Assembly: GCF_004010195.1 (NCBI RefSeq)
Contig: NC_057719.1
Location: forward strand, 82,216,153 to 82,236,152
Source of the DNA: Chiloscyllium plagiosum
Lineage: Eukaryota
Direction of reading: 5' to 3'
Length of the DNA stretch: 20,000 bases
In this document: positions 9,292 through 19,745 of the stretch, in pieces
Layout: each line of letters begins with the position of its first letter
Position numbering within the stretch: the stretch's first letter is position 1
Translations under genes and position numbers: made by a program
Notes under the pieces: generated by a model
Seen by the model: the letters and a program-made list of their open reading frames with translations, nothing else
Database searches by the model: none
What the model was told of the DNA's origin: nothing

Positions 9292-9668
9292 CTGCACTTA
9301 TATAACATCTTTCAATGTATTGCAAAGTACATTGCAGCCAATGAATTACTTTTCAGTTGGTGCTGTAATACTGGAAACAGCAGCACAGTAAAATGTCACA
9401 GACTGCAATGTGATGATGGTCAAGTATGATCTGTTCATTGAGCAATAAATGCAAATAAAACAGCCCCTGCTGCTCTTGCTAGTGTGGGGGATCTTTCCTT
9501 TCCAACTGAGAGTGCAGATAGAGCCTCTACTTTGCATCTCCCCTGTAAGATGGAGAATCCAACAATGCAGCACTCCCTTCACACTGTACTGGGCTATCAC
9601 TCTGGATTATGTCTGGAGTGAGGCTTGAAAACGACTTGGTGACAAGTATGAATGAACTAGAACTGACA
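9292..9668 (-). mobile_element. DeuSINE (SacSINE1/AmnSINE1-related), near full length, degenerate
   Basis: Minus strand: tgtcag...ttcaagcctcactccagacataatccag...cccagtacagtgtgaagggagtgctgcattgttgga...tctgcactctcagttgga..aagatccc...aagagcagcagggg...aattcattggctgcaatgtactttg...tatataagtgca, matching the recalled Deu-domain and L2-like tail. Confidence 0.75.
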
Positions 9669-11785
9669 TTTGAAGATTCAAAATAACATGCAAAACGCTG
9701 GTCAAAAACCTGACTAAATTCAAAATGGAGGAAAGGTGGGTTAATCTTTGCTGGAACCGGAAGACCAGTATACAACTGATCAAAACAGAGGGGGAATGGA
9801 TAACGAAGAGAAAGTTGACCACTCACATTAAAGTCTGCTCTCTGAATATCACCTAGTCATTTTTCTAAAAATATTTCCATGAAATGGTTTCAGGTTCTAT
9901 TTCCTAGATGCTGCTGCTGTACACTGGAGGGAAGAAAAATATTGTATGATTTGCAATCTTAGAACAGGAGAGTTGTGAACACAATTGGGGGAAATATACC
10001 AAATGGAATGGTGACTGAAATTTCAAGGAGAGGAAGGGGATGTGTTATGTAACTTAAACCTGTAAAAAGTTTACATACTTAATGAATGACTTAGTTCCAA
10101 GGAGTTAAAATTTAAATTAAGCCAAGGATATGTACACATTCTTTTGTGTGGATAGACTAGGCACAATGATGGAACAGTGATGATCTATTGCCTACACTGC
10201 TGTGTTATTTGAGAATTTCAAAACACTTGCATGTACTCTGGATAGGGGCTGTATAGAGATACAGCGGTGCAGATAGCCTGAGAATTTCCCAGATATGTTG
10301 CAAAAAGGGTAACCTCAAAACTACAGAGTACAGAGGTTTAGTAAGCAAATGGCCATCGGTTGGCTGGGGAAAGCAAGGGAAGTGTTTCATTCTAACAGGT
10401 TTTTAATAATGAGTGATCAGACTAGAGATGTGCAGCTTATGTTTGCATCCATTGCTTCATTGGTCAAATGACAGATGGAGGTTGGTGTTGGCTGAAAGGG
10501 TATGTGTGCTTGTAATAAAGTGTGAAAAGGCAGTTCTTGTAGGGATTTGTTAGTAAGAGTGTGTTTCTGAATCTGCCAATCTGAGTCCTGCACTCAGTTG
10601 CCTCCCTACTGATCGGGCATCACTGGGTGCGGAACACTTTGAAGGTTGTAAGAACCAATGATGTCTGAAAGAGAGAGCTGGTGGTCTTGGAATCAGACCA
10701 TCTGGAGCTTGGTAGGAAATGAAAGTGCAGGACTTCACATTTGCTCATCTATAGATTAATCCCAGTTCTATGTGGCTGTTGGGAATAGAAATGGAATAAA
10801 ACAGAATAGTATGTGGCTAGATAAATAAAGTAGAGGGGAATGACTTCAGATTCCTTAGGCATTGGAATATGTTCTAGTCAAGGTAGACCGGTTCCACCAC
10901 AGCATGCTTGGGACTATCTCTCCCTGCGTGCTGCCAGAACGGCTTAGTTTTTTTAGAACTAATGCCTTTTCTTCAGATCTCCAAATTCGCAATACTTTTA
11001 TGTGCTTGGGATCAATATCCTTGCAGACGACAGTTTCTTTAAATTGTAATAGAAATTAATTTGGAAAGGGCCCCTGAAAAAATATTTGAAATGTGACAAC
11101 AGGATTGGGAAGGTAATGAAGAAAAGAGCAGATTAAAGTAGGTGGTGGTGAGGATCAGGTAGGAGTAGGACGTAGACAAAGACTGGTTTGAATGTGTTCA
11201 GGGAGAGTGAAAATAAGATTGGGTGCAAATAATCATATAGGAGTACGAAGTAGTAATAAGTGGGGTTCAAATAAATGAAGAATTTGTACTTTTGGATGCA
11301 AGTTATTTAAGAAAATTTGGATAGGATGAAAAGATTAAAGAAGCAATTTTAACATTGAATGGGATCCTTTACTGGAAATATCAATTTTCCATTGATTAAG
11401 GAACAACAGAAGTACCTTTACTAGTTGGGTGGGGGCAAAAGACCATCATGATGAAAAAACAGATGGTGGGGAGAAGCACATTTGAGAAGAAATTGACAAA
11501 AGATGCAAGGTAATGGAAAACTAACCCAATATAGATGAGCGAAAAGAGGGAGTTTCTGAAATACAGAAGAATTTTCTTGCACTTTGACAGTATATCAGCA
11601 TATTCCTCAGTTTCTAGGGAACGAAATAGGGAATGGAGCATTTTCACTGGGTAGTTGTGTATTATTCAGTATCATTAAAATAATTATGCAAAAGGACAAA
11701 AATCAAATTTGAAAATACTGAGTTGGAGGAGAGCTAATTTCAACGAGCTAAAGGTGGGCCTAAGGTGGATTAGAATCAAAGATTG

Positions 11786-11898
11786 CTGGAAAAGTGCAGC
11801 AGGTCAGGCAGCATCAAAGGAGCAGGAGAATCGACATTTCGGGCATAAGCCCTTCTTCAGGAATCTGATCTCCAGCATCTGCAGTCCTCACTTTCTCC
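11786..11898. mobile_element. Penelope-like mini-insertion with internal inversion, 15-bp TSD and hammerhead motif
   Basis: Perfect direct repeat tagaatcaaagattg at 11771-11785 and 11899-11913. 11786-11863 matches 5013-5090 in the same orientation; 11865-11899 is the reverse complement of 4962-4996. Confidence 0.87.
11833..11860 (-). ncRNA. Minimal hammerhead ribozyme motif (copy B, helix III palindrome mutated)
   Basis: Minus strand CTGAAGA-A-GGGC-ttat-GCCC-GAAA-TGTC. Confidence 0.55.
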
Positions 11899-13385
11899 TA
11901 GAATCAAAGATTGACAAGTAAAATAGTAAATGAGCAATGGGAAACCTTTTACCGAAGCAAAAGTTGGGATATATTCGGCACATTCTAATGTGGGGGCAAG
12001 AAATGGCAGCTAAAGCTGCAGCTTCATCTGACAAAAGTGAAATGGAAGGTTATTGGCAATGTCAGATTGAGCACAATGCAGACAGAACTGAAAAAGAGGC
12101 AAGTATGAGACTAGATTAGAGAACGGCTGAAATAAGTGAGCCCAAAACTTAAACAGTTTTCTTTAGAAAACAGTCAAAGGGTGGGGAAGGAAGTATGGAA
12201 GATGTGGAGGCTCAGGCTTGGACTTTCCAACTCTTTTGTCTTGCATATTTGGAGATTGCTAAGATTATATCCCTCTGTGTGAGACAGATGGGTCAGTCAA
12301 CTTGAGCAAAAGGGAACTTAGATCAATTAATCCAGGATAAAACTAATTGTTAATGAAATAACAGTTAATAAGGCCAATCATGCAATTAACATCATTGAGT
12401 TCAACAAAAAGCTGGTGATGTTAGCGCAGTTAATGTTCATCTGCACTTCCAAAAGGTATTTAAGTACTGCATAACAATGTGTTAACAAAATTTAAGCCCA
12501 TGTCTTAAAGGGGCTGTGGCTTTGTATATACAAGACTGGTTAAGAGACAGGAAAAGAATGTGTGGAAGGTTTTTTTTGGATCAGAAGCAAAAATGCAGTG
12601 GTGTTCCCTGGGACTGGTTTTGGACCATAACCCCTTTTTTTTATATATAATGGGCTAGAACATAACATGGCTTAACTTAGATTTGTGCTTTGGTGCCATT
12701 GCAAAATTTTATCAAAATAATGAAGTGACTAGTAAACTGAGCAGATAAGCAAATTGTATAGAATTGTGAAGTAACTTCTATTGTTGCTAGCGCCAATGAG
12801 GAGGGACAGGATAAACCAAATTATGATTTTAAAGAAAGTGTATGAGCAGAGAGGCCTATGGATTGTGTGCACAAATCTTTAAAGGCATTTGTGTAATTTG
12901 AGAGGGATATTAAAAAGGACTAGAAGATACTTGACTTATGCTGAACCTTTTATGTTTAAGTTAGGCACGAGGTTGGAGTATATTGAATAATTCTGGGCAT
13001 CATGCCTTGGAACAGATAGGGACAAATGAGCTAGGGATGAAAATCCTTCGTTATGAGGAGCGACTACAACCCTGGAGCAGAGTAGGTTGAGGTGATTTTA
13101 AAGATATTGTCTATTATGAATGGTTTTAGTAGACTGAGGAATAATTGCTTCTAGTCTCAGAAGCTCAATAACCAGAGGAGACAAATGTATGGCAATTGAT
13201 TAGAGGTGGTGTGAAAGAAAGTAATCAAATTGTGATCTGAAAAGTCCTGTCTGAAAGAGCAACTGAAACATATTCAGTGATGGCTTTTTAAAAAGTGTAC
13301 TGGTTACTTGGAAATAAGTTAATTCGGCAGTTAGGTAGGCAAATGAAATGTAAGTACTCCTTTCAAGAGGGCTACAACATTATGA

Positions 13386-13935
13386 GCAAAGATGTATTGC
13401 TGAGGATGCATAAGCTTTGGTCAGACCACTTGTGGAATATAGTGAGCAGTTTCGTGCCCCAGATCTAAGGAAGGATATGCTGGCATTGGAGGGAGTCCAG
13501 AGGAATTTTACGAGAATGTTCCCAACAATGATAGGCTTATCATACCAGGATCGATCGAGGCCTCTGGTCTGAACTTAGTGGAGTTTAGAAGGATGAAGGA
13601 GGATCTGATTGGAACTTACTGAGAGGCCTGGTTAGAATGGATGTGGAGAAGATATTTCCATTAGTAGGAAAGACTAGGACCTGAGGGCAAAGCCTCAGAG
13701 TGAAGGGGTGACCCTTTAGAACTGAGATGAGGTTGGTTAATCTGTGGAATTCATTGCTGCAGAAGGCTGTGGAGGTTAAGTCATTGTGTGTTTTAAGATA
13801 GCGATAGATAGGTTCTTGATTATAAAATGGATCAAGGCTTACGGGATGAAGGCAGAGAATGGAGTTGAGAAACATACCTGCCATGGTGGAGCAGACTTGC
13901 TGGGCCTAGTTCTGCTGCTAATCTTATAATATTTT
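13386..13935 (+). mobile_element. Better-preserved 5'-truncated CR1 LINE 3' portion
   Basis: SKDVLLR..K.LVRP..EY.EQF.AP.LRKDMLALEGVQR.FTRM.P.M.GLSY, FRRMK.DLI.TY, TRT.G.SLRVKG.PFRTEMR, VNLWNSL.QKAVE and tail ggtggagcagacttgctgggcc. Confidence 0.9.
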
Positions 13936-13938
13936 GGT

Positions 13939-14238
13939 TTAGATTAGATTACCTACAGTGTGGAAACAGGCCCTTCGGCCCAACAAGTCCACACCGACCC
14001 GCCGAAGCGCAACCCGCCATACCCCTACATTTACCCCTTCACCTAACACTACAGGCAATTTAGCATGGCCAATTCACCTGCCCAGCACATCTTTGGACTG
14101 TGGGAGGAAACCGGAGCACCCGGACGAAACCCACGCAGACACGGGGAGAATGTGGAAACTTCACACAGTCGCCTGAGGCGGGATTTGAACCCAGGTCTCT
14201 GGTGCTGTGAGGCAGCAGTGCTAGCCACCATGCCGCCC
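13939..14238 (-). mobile_element. V-SINE (HE1-like), full length, young
   Basis: Minus strand starts gggcggcatggtggctagcactgctgcctcacagcacc...gggttcaaatccc (A and B boxes), has the V-domain and ends in a (TCTAA)n tail; highly similar to 15976-16282. Confidence 0.95.
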
Positions 14239-14659
14239 TAGTTGCTGGGCTACAAGTTTTTTTAAAAATAAAGTGAGCAGGGCTAATTGGATAGTTCAAA
14301 GATATGGGGAATCAAATGGACATTTATTCTGGGATCCTCTACATAAGCCAATCAGTTCCTTCTGCCATTTAGTTAAGTCAAAGGCTATCTGTACTATATC
14401 ATGCAGTATCTGTCTTGATTCAACTGACTTAATATTCTTCCTATTCAAAGACCCAATGTATATCAAACCAGGAATAATGGAAGGATGTGTGTTTGGCTAA
14501 GAGGTTGATGCTGAAATGGACACATTGGAACTTGAATAATTTGAGGTAATTCTTTGTTCTAAGGTATTGCTTCACGTGATGTTGAACAGCAGATCTTTAC
14601 AGAGCAGGAGAGATTGCTGTTGGTCTATTCACTCGAGAGGTGGTGTAGCTTCTTTTCAG

Positions 14660-14940
14660 AATGGAGCGAGTTCAGCACTGTTGGAGGTGCTGGTCTTCAG
14701 TTACAAGTTTGAACTGAGCCATCATCTGCTTTTGCAGGTACAGGTTGGGGAAAAAAAAATCTGTGGCACTATTTTGAACCAAAGCAAGAAACCTCTCCCT
14801 GATGTTTTGACAAATAATTATCCCTCAACCAATATCTCAAAAAAATTAGCCCATTGTTATTTATGGGATCTTTCTGTGTGAAAATTGCTGTGACAGTGCC
14901 TTTTAAGAACTCTTTGGCTGTTCTTGAAGGTGCAAGCTTT
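14660..14940 (+). mobile_element. DeuSINE fragment (Deu domain and tail)
   Basis: cagcactgttggaggtgctggtcttcag...atctgtggcactattttgaa...caaataattatccctcaaccaatatc...tatgggatctttctgtgtg. Confidence 0.7.
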
Positions 14941-15254
14941 TTAAGTGTCTTCTGTCATTTTGCTACAAGATGGGAAGATTATTTTAAACTTGCAACTTTC
15001 AGTTATTAATTTTAATGGCATAATGGTAGCTTCACTTCTAATGTAGGAATCATGCAATCCAACCTCCTGGAACTTATTAGCTAGAGTTCACAGCCCTAAT
15101 TGCAGCGTTTCATTCATTCACAAGTTCCAGAGAGAAGAACATTACGTTCCAGTTCTGTTGTGGGTTGGTCAGTATCATGAAAAGAAGTGGGTTGCAAATG
15201 TCAAACTTGTCAGAAAAGCTGAAAGTTCACTCCCTGTTGAAGTGTTAAACCATT

Positions 15255-15520
15255 TCTTGCAAAGAATACAGATTATGTAGCACCTTTTGACAAAACAAGA
15301 TGCCCCAAACTGCTGTACAGCAGCAGTATCTGAAGTAAATTGACACTGAGCCATGTAATGATAGATTAAGATGGTAGAGCATCTTAAAGGAGAAGCAAAC
15401 TGGAGGTTTAAGGAAGAAATTTGAGTGCTTTGGGCCTAGCTGGCTGATGGTATAATGCCAATTGTGGGACAAAGTGAGCGGAGACACAGAACAGACCAAA
15501 CTCGCCAGGATGTAAGGCGG
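15255..15520 (-). mobile_element. L2 LINE 3' end fragment
   Basis: Minus-strand peptide ISQLGPKHSNFFLKPP...SFKML resembles L2 AFS.LGPKLWNSLPKP...SFKTLLK; tail tttggggcatc...aaaggtgctacataa. Confidence 0.65.
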
Positions 15521-15769
15521 CTGTGTCTTTTTGATTCAACATGCACAAATTTGGGGGGAATCTGTTTTGGTGTCTGTACACAGTGAAGTGTATCTTTTGC
15601 AGCACTGTTGCTTTTACAGTAATGAATTCCTGATAGAAAAGTTTGAGACTGAAGAAAGGGAAGGGAATGAGTGGGGAGGAGAGGGAAGGATCTGATGAGG
15701 TTGGACAAACCTAATGATGAATCTGTTAGGTAATTGTCATGGCAGTTGGCTCGTGATTGGTTTTGTGAA

Positions 15770-16520
15770 AATCATTCTCATTTGGGTGTGGTTGACAAGG
15801 CTGATATTATTGTCCTTAAATGCCCTTGAGAAAGTGATAATATCTTGAACTATTGCAGTCTATGGTGAAGGTGCTTCTGCTGTTCTGTTGTGCAAAACTT
15901 TGACCCAGTGACAAGAAAAAGCATTATATTTAGGACTTGGGCTTGTATGGGAGTATAAGGGAACTTGTGGTGGCATTAGATTACATTACAGTGTGGAAAC
16001 AGGCCCTTCGGCCCAACAAGTTCACACCGACCCGCCGACGCGCACCCACCCATATCCCTACATTTACCCCTTACCTAACACTACGGGCAATTTAGCATGG
16101 CCAATTCATCTGACCTGCACATCTTTGGACTGTGGGAGGAAACCGGAGCACCCGGAGGAAACCCACGCAGACACGGGGAGAATGTGCAAACTCCACACAG
16201 TCAGTCGCCTGAAGCGGGAATTGAACCCGGGTCTCTGGCGCTGTGAGGCAGCAGTGCTAACCACTGTGCCACCGTGCCACCCACAGTTTTGATGCCCTTG
16301 TCTTTCACGGCCATGGGGTTTGGGACATGCTGACCAAGATGCCTCAGCAGGTTGTCGCAATGTATCTTGTAGGTGTTGCACACTGTCACTGTTTTAGAAA
16401 GTGGGTGTTTAAGGAGTGGATGGCCCCTTAAGAGACTACCTTGTCCTGACTGCTTGAATGTTGTGTGGTGAGCACCATTCCAGTGCAGATAAATGGGATT
16501 AGTATAGTTTGCTGTTTGCT
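15770..16520 (-). mobile_element. LINE 3' fragment whose tail resembles the MetaSINE tail (candidate partner LINE), split by a V-SINE
   Basis: Tail gggtgtggttgacaaggctgatattattgtccttaaatgcccttgag resembles 7351-7400; the body continues collinearly after 16283 (tgcccttgtc...gggtttggga...tgtatcttgtaggtg). Confidence 0.65.
15976..16282 (-). mobile_element. V-SINE (HE1-like), full length, young
   Basis: Minus strand gggtggcacggtggcacagtggttagcactgctgcctcacagcgccagagacccgggttcaattcccgc (intact A and B boxes), V-domain, CR1-derived tail. Confidence 0.95.
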
Positions 16521-16631
16521 GGTCAGTGCGGTTATGGTTGGGTGGAAGGGCCTGTGTCTATGCTGTCTGACTCTGTGACTGGTCACCGGGCACATCCATT
16601 CTCCCACTTGCTTGTTTTCCATCGTTTCTGG

Positions 16632-17320
16632 TAAAATGGCAGTGGAGCAGTGCTTCTGACGTAAGGCTTGCCTGCTTTTCTTTTTGTTTTTATTTTTCTT
16701 TGTCTCATCCCTTTTTTTTAAACTTACCTCTTATTGGAGAGATCGGTCACGGTGACAGCATTGCCAGCAGTGAGTAGGCCCAGCAGCATGGACTTGTATC
16801 AGTGGCATTGGAAGCGTGTTTAGGTTCCCAGCAGCATCTGCTTCCAGGACTGCTGCTTGGTTGCGGCGGCAGAGGTGAATTTGAGTCCATTACGACGGCA
16901 TCAGTAGTGGCTACATTGGTGAGGTGCGCCTGAAGCAAACTCATGGTGGCGGTAGAGTTGAGTTTGGGCCAGTGTGGTACCCATGCCAGGGGCATCAATA
17001 GCATCTGCATTGAGGAGGTCCATCGAGGACACACAGTGGCGCGGGCGTTGGTGGAGGTGATATGGTGCCAAAGAGTGGTGACTTTTGTTCCAATGGCGGT
17101 AATGTTGAGAAGGGGACTGATGCCTGGCCACTGGACTGGTGGTCCATGCCAGGTCATTTAACAAGAAGGACTGTAAAGTTGAAACACTTTCTTTTGTTTC
17201 TGCCTTTATATTCTATGTTTTAGTTTATTTTTCTGTGTTTTGTGATGGCATTGGAAAGTGGCAATACCAAACAACACTTCACTGTATTTTGTAACAAAAT
17301 ACACAGGACAAATAAATAAT
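16632..17320 (+). mobile_element. Putative non-autonomous retroelement with Rex1/Babar-like 3' tail and GC-rich body
   Basis: Starts aaaatggcagtggagc; T-rich tract, ~420-bp GC-rich core, second T-rich tract, then gatggcattggaaagtggcaata...cacttcactgtattttgtaacaaaatacacaggacaaataaataat, resembling the recalled Rex1-type end (ttcactgta...tacacgtgacaataaa). Confidence 0.5.
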
Positions 17321-17671
17321 TGGGAAGCTCTGTTATACACTGGATGATGAATCATGACTGTCAACCAGGCTTTTCCTCCCCACTAATCACATCCAATATT
17401 TTTTCAAACAAACACAAAGGCTTAACCTCTGCCTTTGAGTTTTTACTCCAGAGCTGTTATGGATAGTGCTGTGGAGAATGTCCCTCAATTCCTGGAAACT
17501 TGAAGTAATTCCACATATTGGGAGTAAGTCCAATGGACTCTCAGGATTAGAACAACCACAAGACCTGTTTAAGGCCACTAAGTGTATAATGCACTCAGGC
17601 TTGTGGTTGAGTAGATGTCTCACTGTGGATGGACTGTGTGAAAACAAATGTGTATAGCAGCGATGACAGGG

Positions 17672-17800
17672 AGTCATATAACATGGAAACAGGCACCTAA
17701 GGTCCAATCAGTCCATGCCGAACACAATCCCAAACTAAGCTAGTCCCACCTACCTACTCCTGGCCCATATCCCTCCAAATCTTTCCTATTCAAGTATTTT
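17672..17800 (-). mobile_element. HER1/CR1 LINE 3' tail fragment
   Basis: gagtcatataacatggaaacaggc...gtccatgccga...tagtcccacct...tggcccatatccctccaaatctttcctattca; shares its terminal stem-loop region with the V-SINE tails. Confidence 0.8.
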
Positions 17801-18128
17801 GTAAGCCATAACATGCATTCCCTCTAGAACATACTGGATGATGCAAAATAGCAATGTTAGTGACTAGTAGTTTCTTTCCTTATGTAGGTCTATGTCCAAT
17901 GAAGGCTGAGGAATGGACTGGTCAGGGTATAAACACATACAAGCAACAGTGGGAGAGTGATCGAAGGTGATGATAATTGCTCTAACTGTAGCCCTCTGTC
18001 TGACCCCTGCATCAGAGGGCTGTGGGTTCATGAATAATTCCAGAGAATTGTGCACATAATTTAGGCTGGTGCTTTTTGGGCAGCACTGAGATAGTGCTGC
18101 ATTATTGGAGGTACTGCCTTTTTGGTCA

Positions 18129-18661
18129 GGGTGGCACAGTGACTTGGTGCTTAACATATCTGCGTGGGTCTCCTCCCACAGTCCAAAGCTGTGCAGGTTA
18201 TGTGAACTGGCCATGCTAAATTGCTCAGTGTTCAGGGATGAGTAGGTTAGGTGCATTAGTCAGGGGAAAATGTCAAGTAATAGGGTAGGGGAATGGGTCT
18301 GGGTGGGTGACTTCGGAGGGTCGGTGTGGACTTGTTGGGTCAAAGGGCCTGTTTCCACACTGTAGAGATTCTAAGATTTACACTGCTGCGTCAGGTCCAA
18401 TTCCACCTGCGGATTTTGCATAATCTCCCTGTGTCTGTGTGGATTTCTCTGGTCCACAGTCCAAAGATGTGCATGTTGGTAGACTGGCCATGCTAAAATT
18501 CCCATGGTATCCAGGGACGTGTATCCAGGTGAATTACCTGTGAGGAATGCACGGTTACAGGGATAGGATAGAGGGGTGGGGAAAGTGGAATGCTCTTAGG
18601 AGGGTTGGTGTGTAGTCGTTGGGCCGAATGGCCTGTTTCCACACTGTAGGGATTCTATGAT
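18129..18661 (+). mobile_element. Older V-SINE (head 18129-18156, remainder 18380-18661) interrupted by another V-SINE
   Basis: gggtggcacagtgacttggtgcttaaca joins cactgctgcgtca to rebuild the head seen in the 15976-16282 copy; tail cctgtttccacactgtagggattctatgat. Confidence 0.75.
18157..18379 (+). mobile_element. 5'-truncated V-SINE nested in the head of another V-SINE
   Basis: Begins inside the V-domain (tctgcgtgggtctcctcccacagtccaaag) and ends cctgtttccacactgtagagattctaagattt. Confidence 0.8.
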
Positions 18662-18959
18662 GTTAAGCTGAGACTTCATTTGCCCGTCGAAATGGGAGTA
18701 GTAACCCGCAGCACGATTCCAGAAATGAGTAGGCAGTTCCTCTCAACTAAAACCGATTAGCTGATCATTATCACAATCTCTGTTTGAGCTTGCTATTCTT
18801 TGTTTGTCACACTTCCGACATTTTATCTGCAACTGCGCTTCATACGTACTTCGTTGGTTACAAAGCATTTTGATCCTGAGGTCACGCAAGGACGCTCTAT
18901 AAACATGCTTTTATTCATTGAAGATCGAGACTTACCCCAGTGCTACCTTTAAATAGTTG

Positions 18960-19125
18960 TTACTTGTATTCAAGTGAGTGGCAACTAGACCCCCAAATTT
19001 GCAGCTCCCAATGCAGTACTGAGAGAACATCCCACTGTCAAGCACAAACATTTCCCCCATTTGCAACATTAACTACACTTCAAGAAGAATTTAATTGGCT
19101 GCAAAGCGCTGTGTCGGGTGGTCGT
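18960..19125 (+). mobile_element. Internally deleted DeuSINE remnant
   Basis: ccaatgcagtactgagagaacatcccactgtca joined almost directly to the tail actacacttcaagaagaatttaattggctgcaaagcgct. Confidence 0.6.
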
Positions 19126-19660
19126 GCGAAAGCAGCAACCCGGCTATTTCTGTGTGGTGTCTGCTGCCACCAATAGGTTGGGTCTGAACATCCTGCAACG
19201 AGCAACTGAAGTTTGGAAGAATCACTCCACTGTGAAACTTCCTTCTTTCTCGCTTTCTTCTTCTTCTCTCTCACGCATGAGAGATCTGGTCAGTGCGTGA
19301 GGCTTTATTTGTACTAATTTCTGCAGACAGCGTGTCGATAACTTGCCATTACCGGCTACAGATTTTCAGTCTTTCCTGAAGATGTTTACTCAGCGGTTAC
19401 AAATTTGCAGGTGGCCTTCCTCGGTCTGTAGGTTTACAAGTTCGTCCACACCCCACCTTTCAGGTTGCTCTAAATTGGATTAAGGGTGTTGTTACTAGTC
19501 AGCATCATCTTGAGTGGAATACCACATGCAAGTGCCTCAGCAATGAAGAAACTGCATTTTCTCGTCTGAGGACTAACAGCATTGAGAATATTGCCTTTGC
19601 AATTTATATGAAGACACGCACTTGGGGTGACAATGACTCTTAAAGTTTATAGTTTGACTT

Positions 19661-19745
19661 AAACCATAAGGACGTAGAGCAGAAATTAGGCCATTCGGCC
19701 CATCGAGCCTGCACCACTATTCAATCCTGGCTAATAATTTTCTCA
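19661..19745 (-). mobile_element. CR1 LINE 3' tail, cut by a Penelope-like insertion
   Basis: accataaggacgtagagcagaaattaggccattcggcccatcgagcctgcaccactattcaat is the antisense CR1 3' UTR (compare 4165-4221). Confidence 0.8.

Larger units (their letters stand above)
11330..13385 (+). mobile_element. Long, heavily decayed CR1 ORF2 fossil (endonuclease to RT to 3' UTR)
   Basis: KILSWRRANFNELK (11712 onward), VNEQWETF, DFQK.F, KAH..KGAVA..IQDWLRDRK, SGVP.G.VLGP, LEY...FWAS and the C-terminal region appear in collinear order with many indels. Start approximate. Confidence 0.82.
17977..18915 (+). mobile_element. DeuSINE split in two (17977-18127 and 18662-18915) by nested V-SINEs
   Basis: 5' half tcagagggctgtgggttca...gcacataatttaggctg...cagcactgagatagtgctgcattattggaggtactgccttt; 3' half gttaagctgagac...gatcattatcaca...gtacttcgttggttacaaagcattttgatcctgaggtc...gacgctctataaacatgc. 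Confidence 0.75.

Noticed and set aside
10200..11300. Purine-rich region that may be an ancient antisense L2-like LINE
   Set aside because: Too decayed to assign motifs or boundaries by eye.
13958..14299. Overlapping ORFs similar to those at 15993-16389, resembling a duplicated gene
   Set aside because: They are translations of V-SINE copies.
16200..16282. tRNA-like A and B boxes
   Set aside because: SINE head continuing into the V-domain, not a stand-alone tRNA gene.
16747..17164. 136-aa, 87-aa and 72-aa ORFs in the GC-rich block
   Set aside because: No recognisable domain or convincing exon structure; open frames on both strands are expected from GC content.
19270..19301. Hairpin ctcacgca...tgcgtgag containing CAGTGC
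   Set aside because: An 8-bp stem is plausible by chance; CAGUGN is not in an apical loop, so it is not an iron-responsive element, and it is too short for a pre-miRNA.
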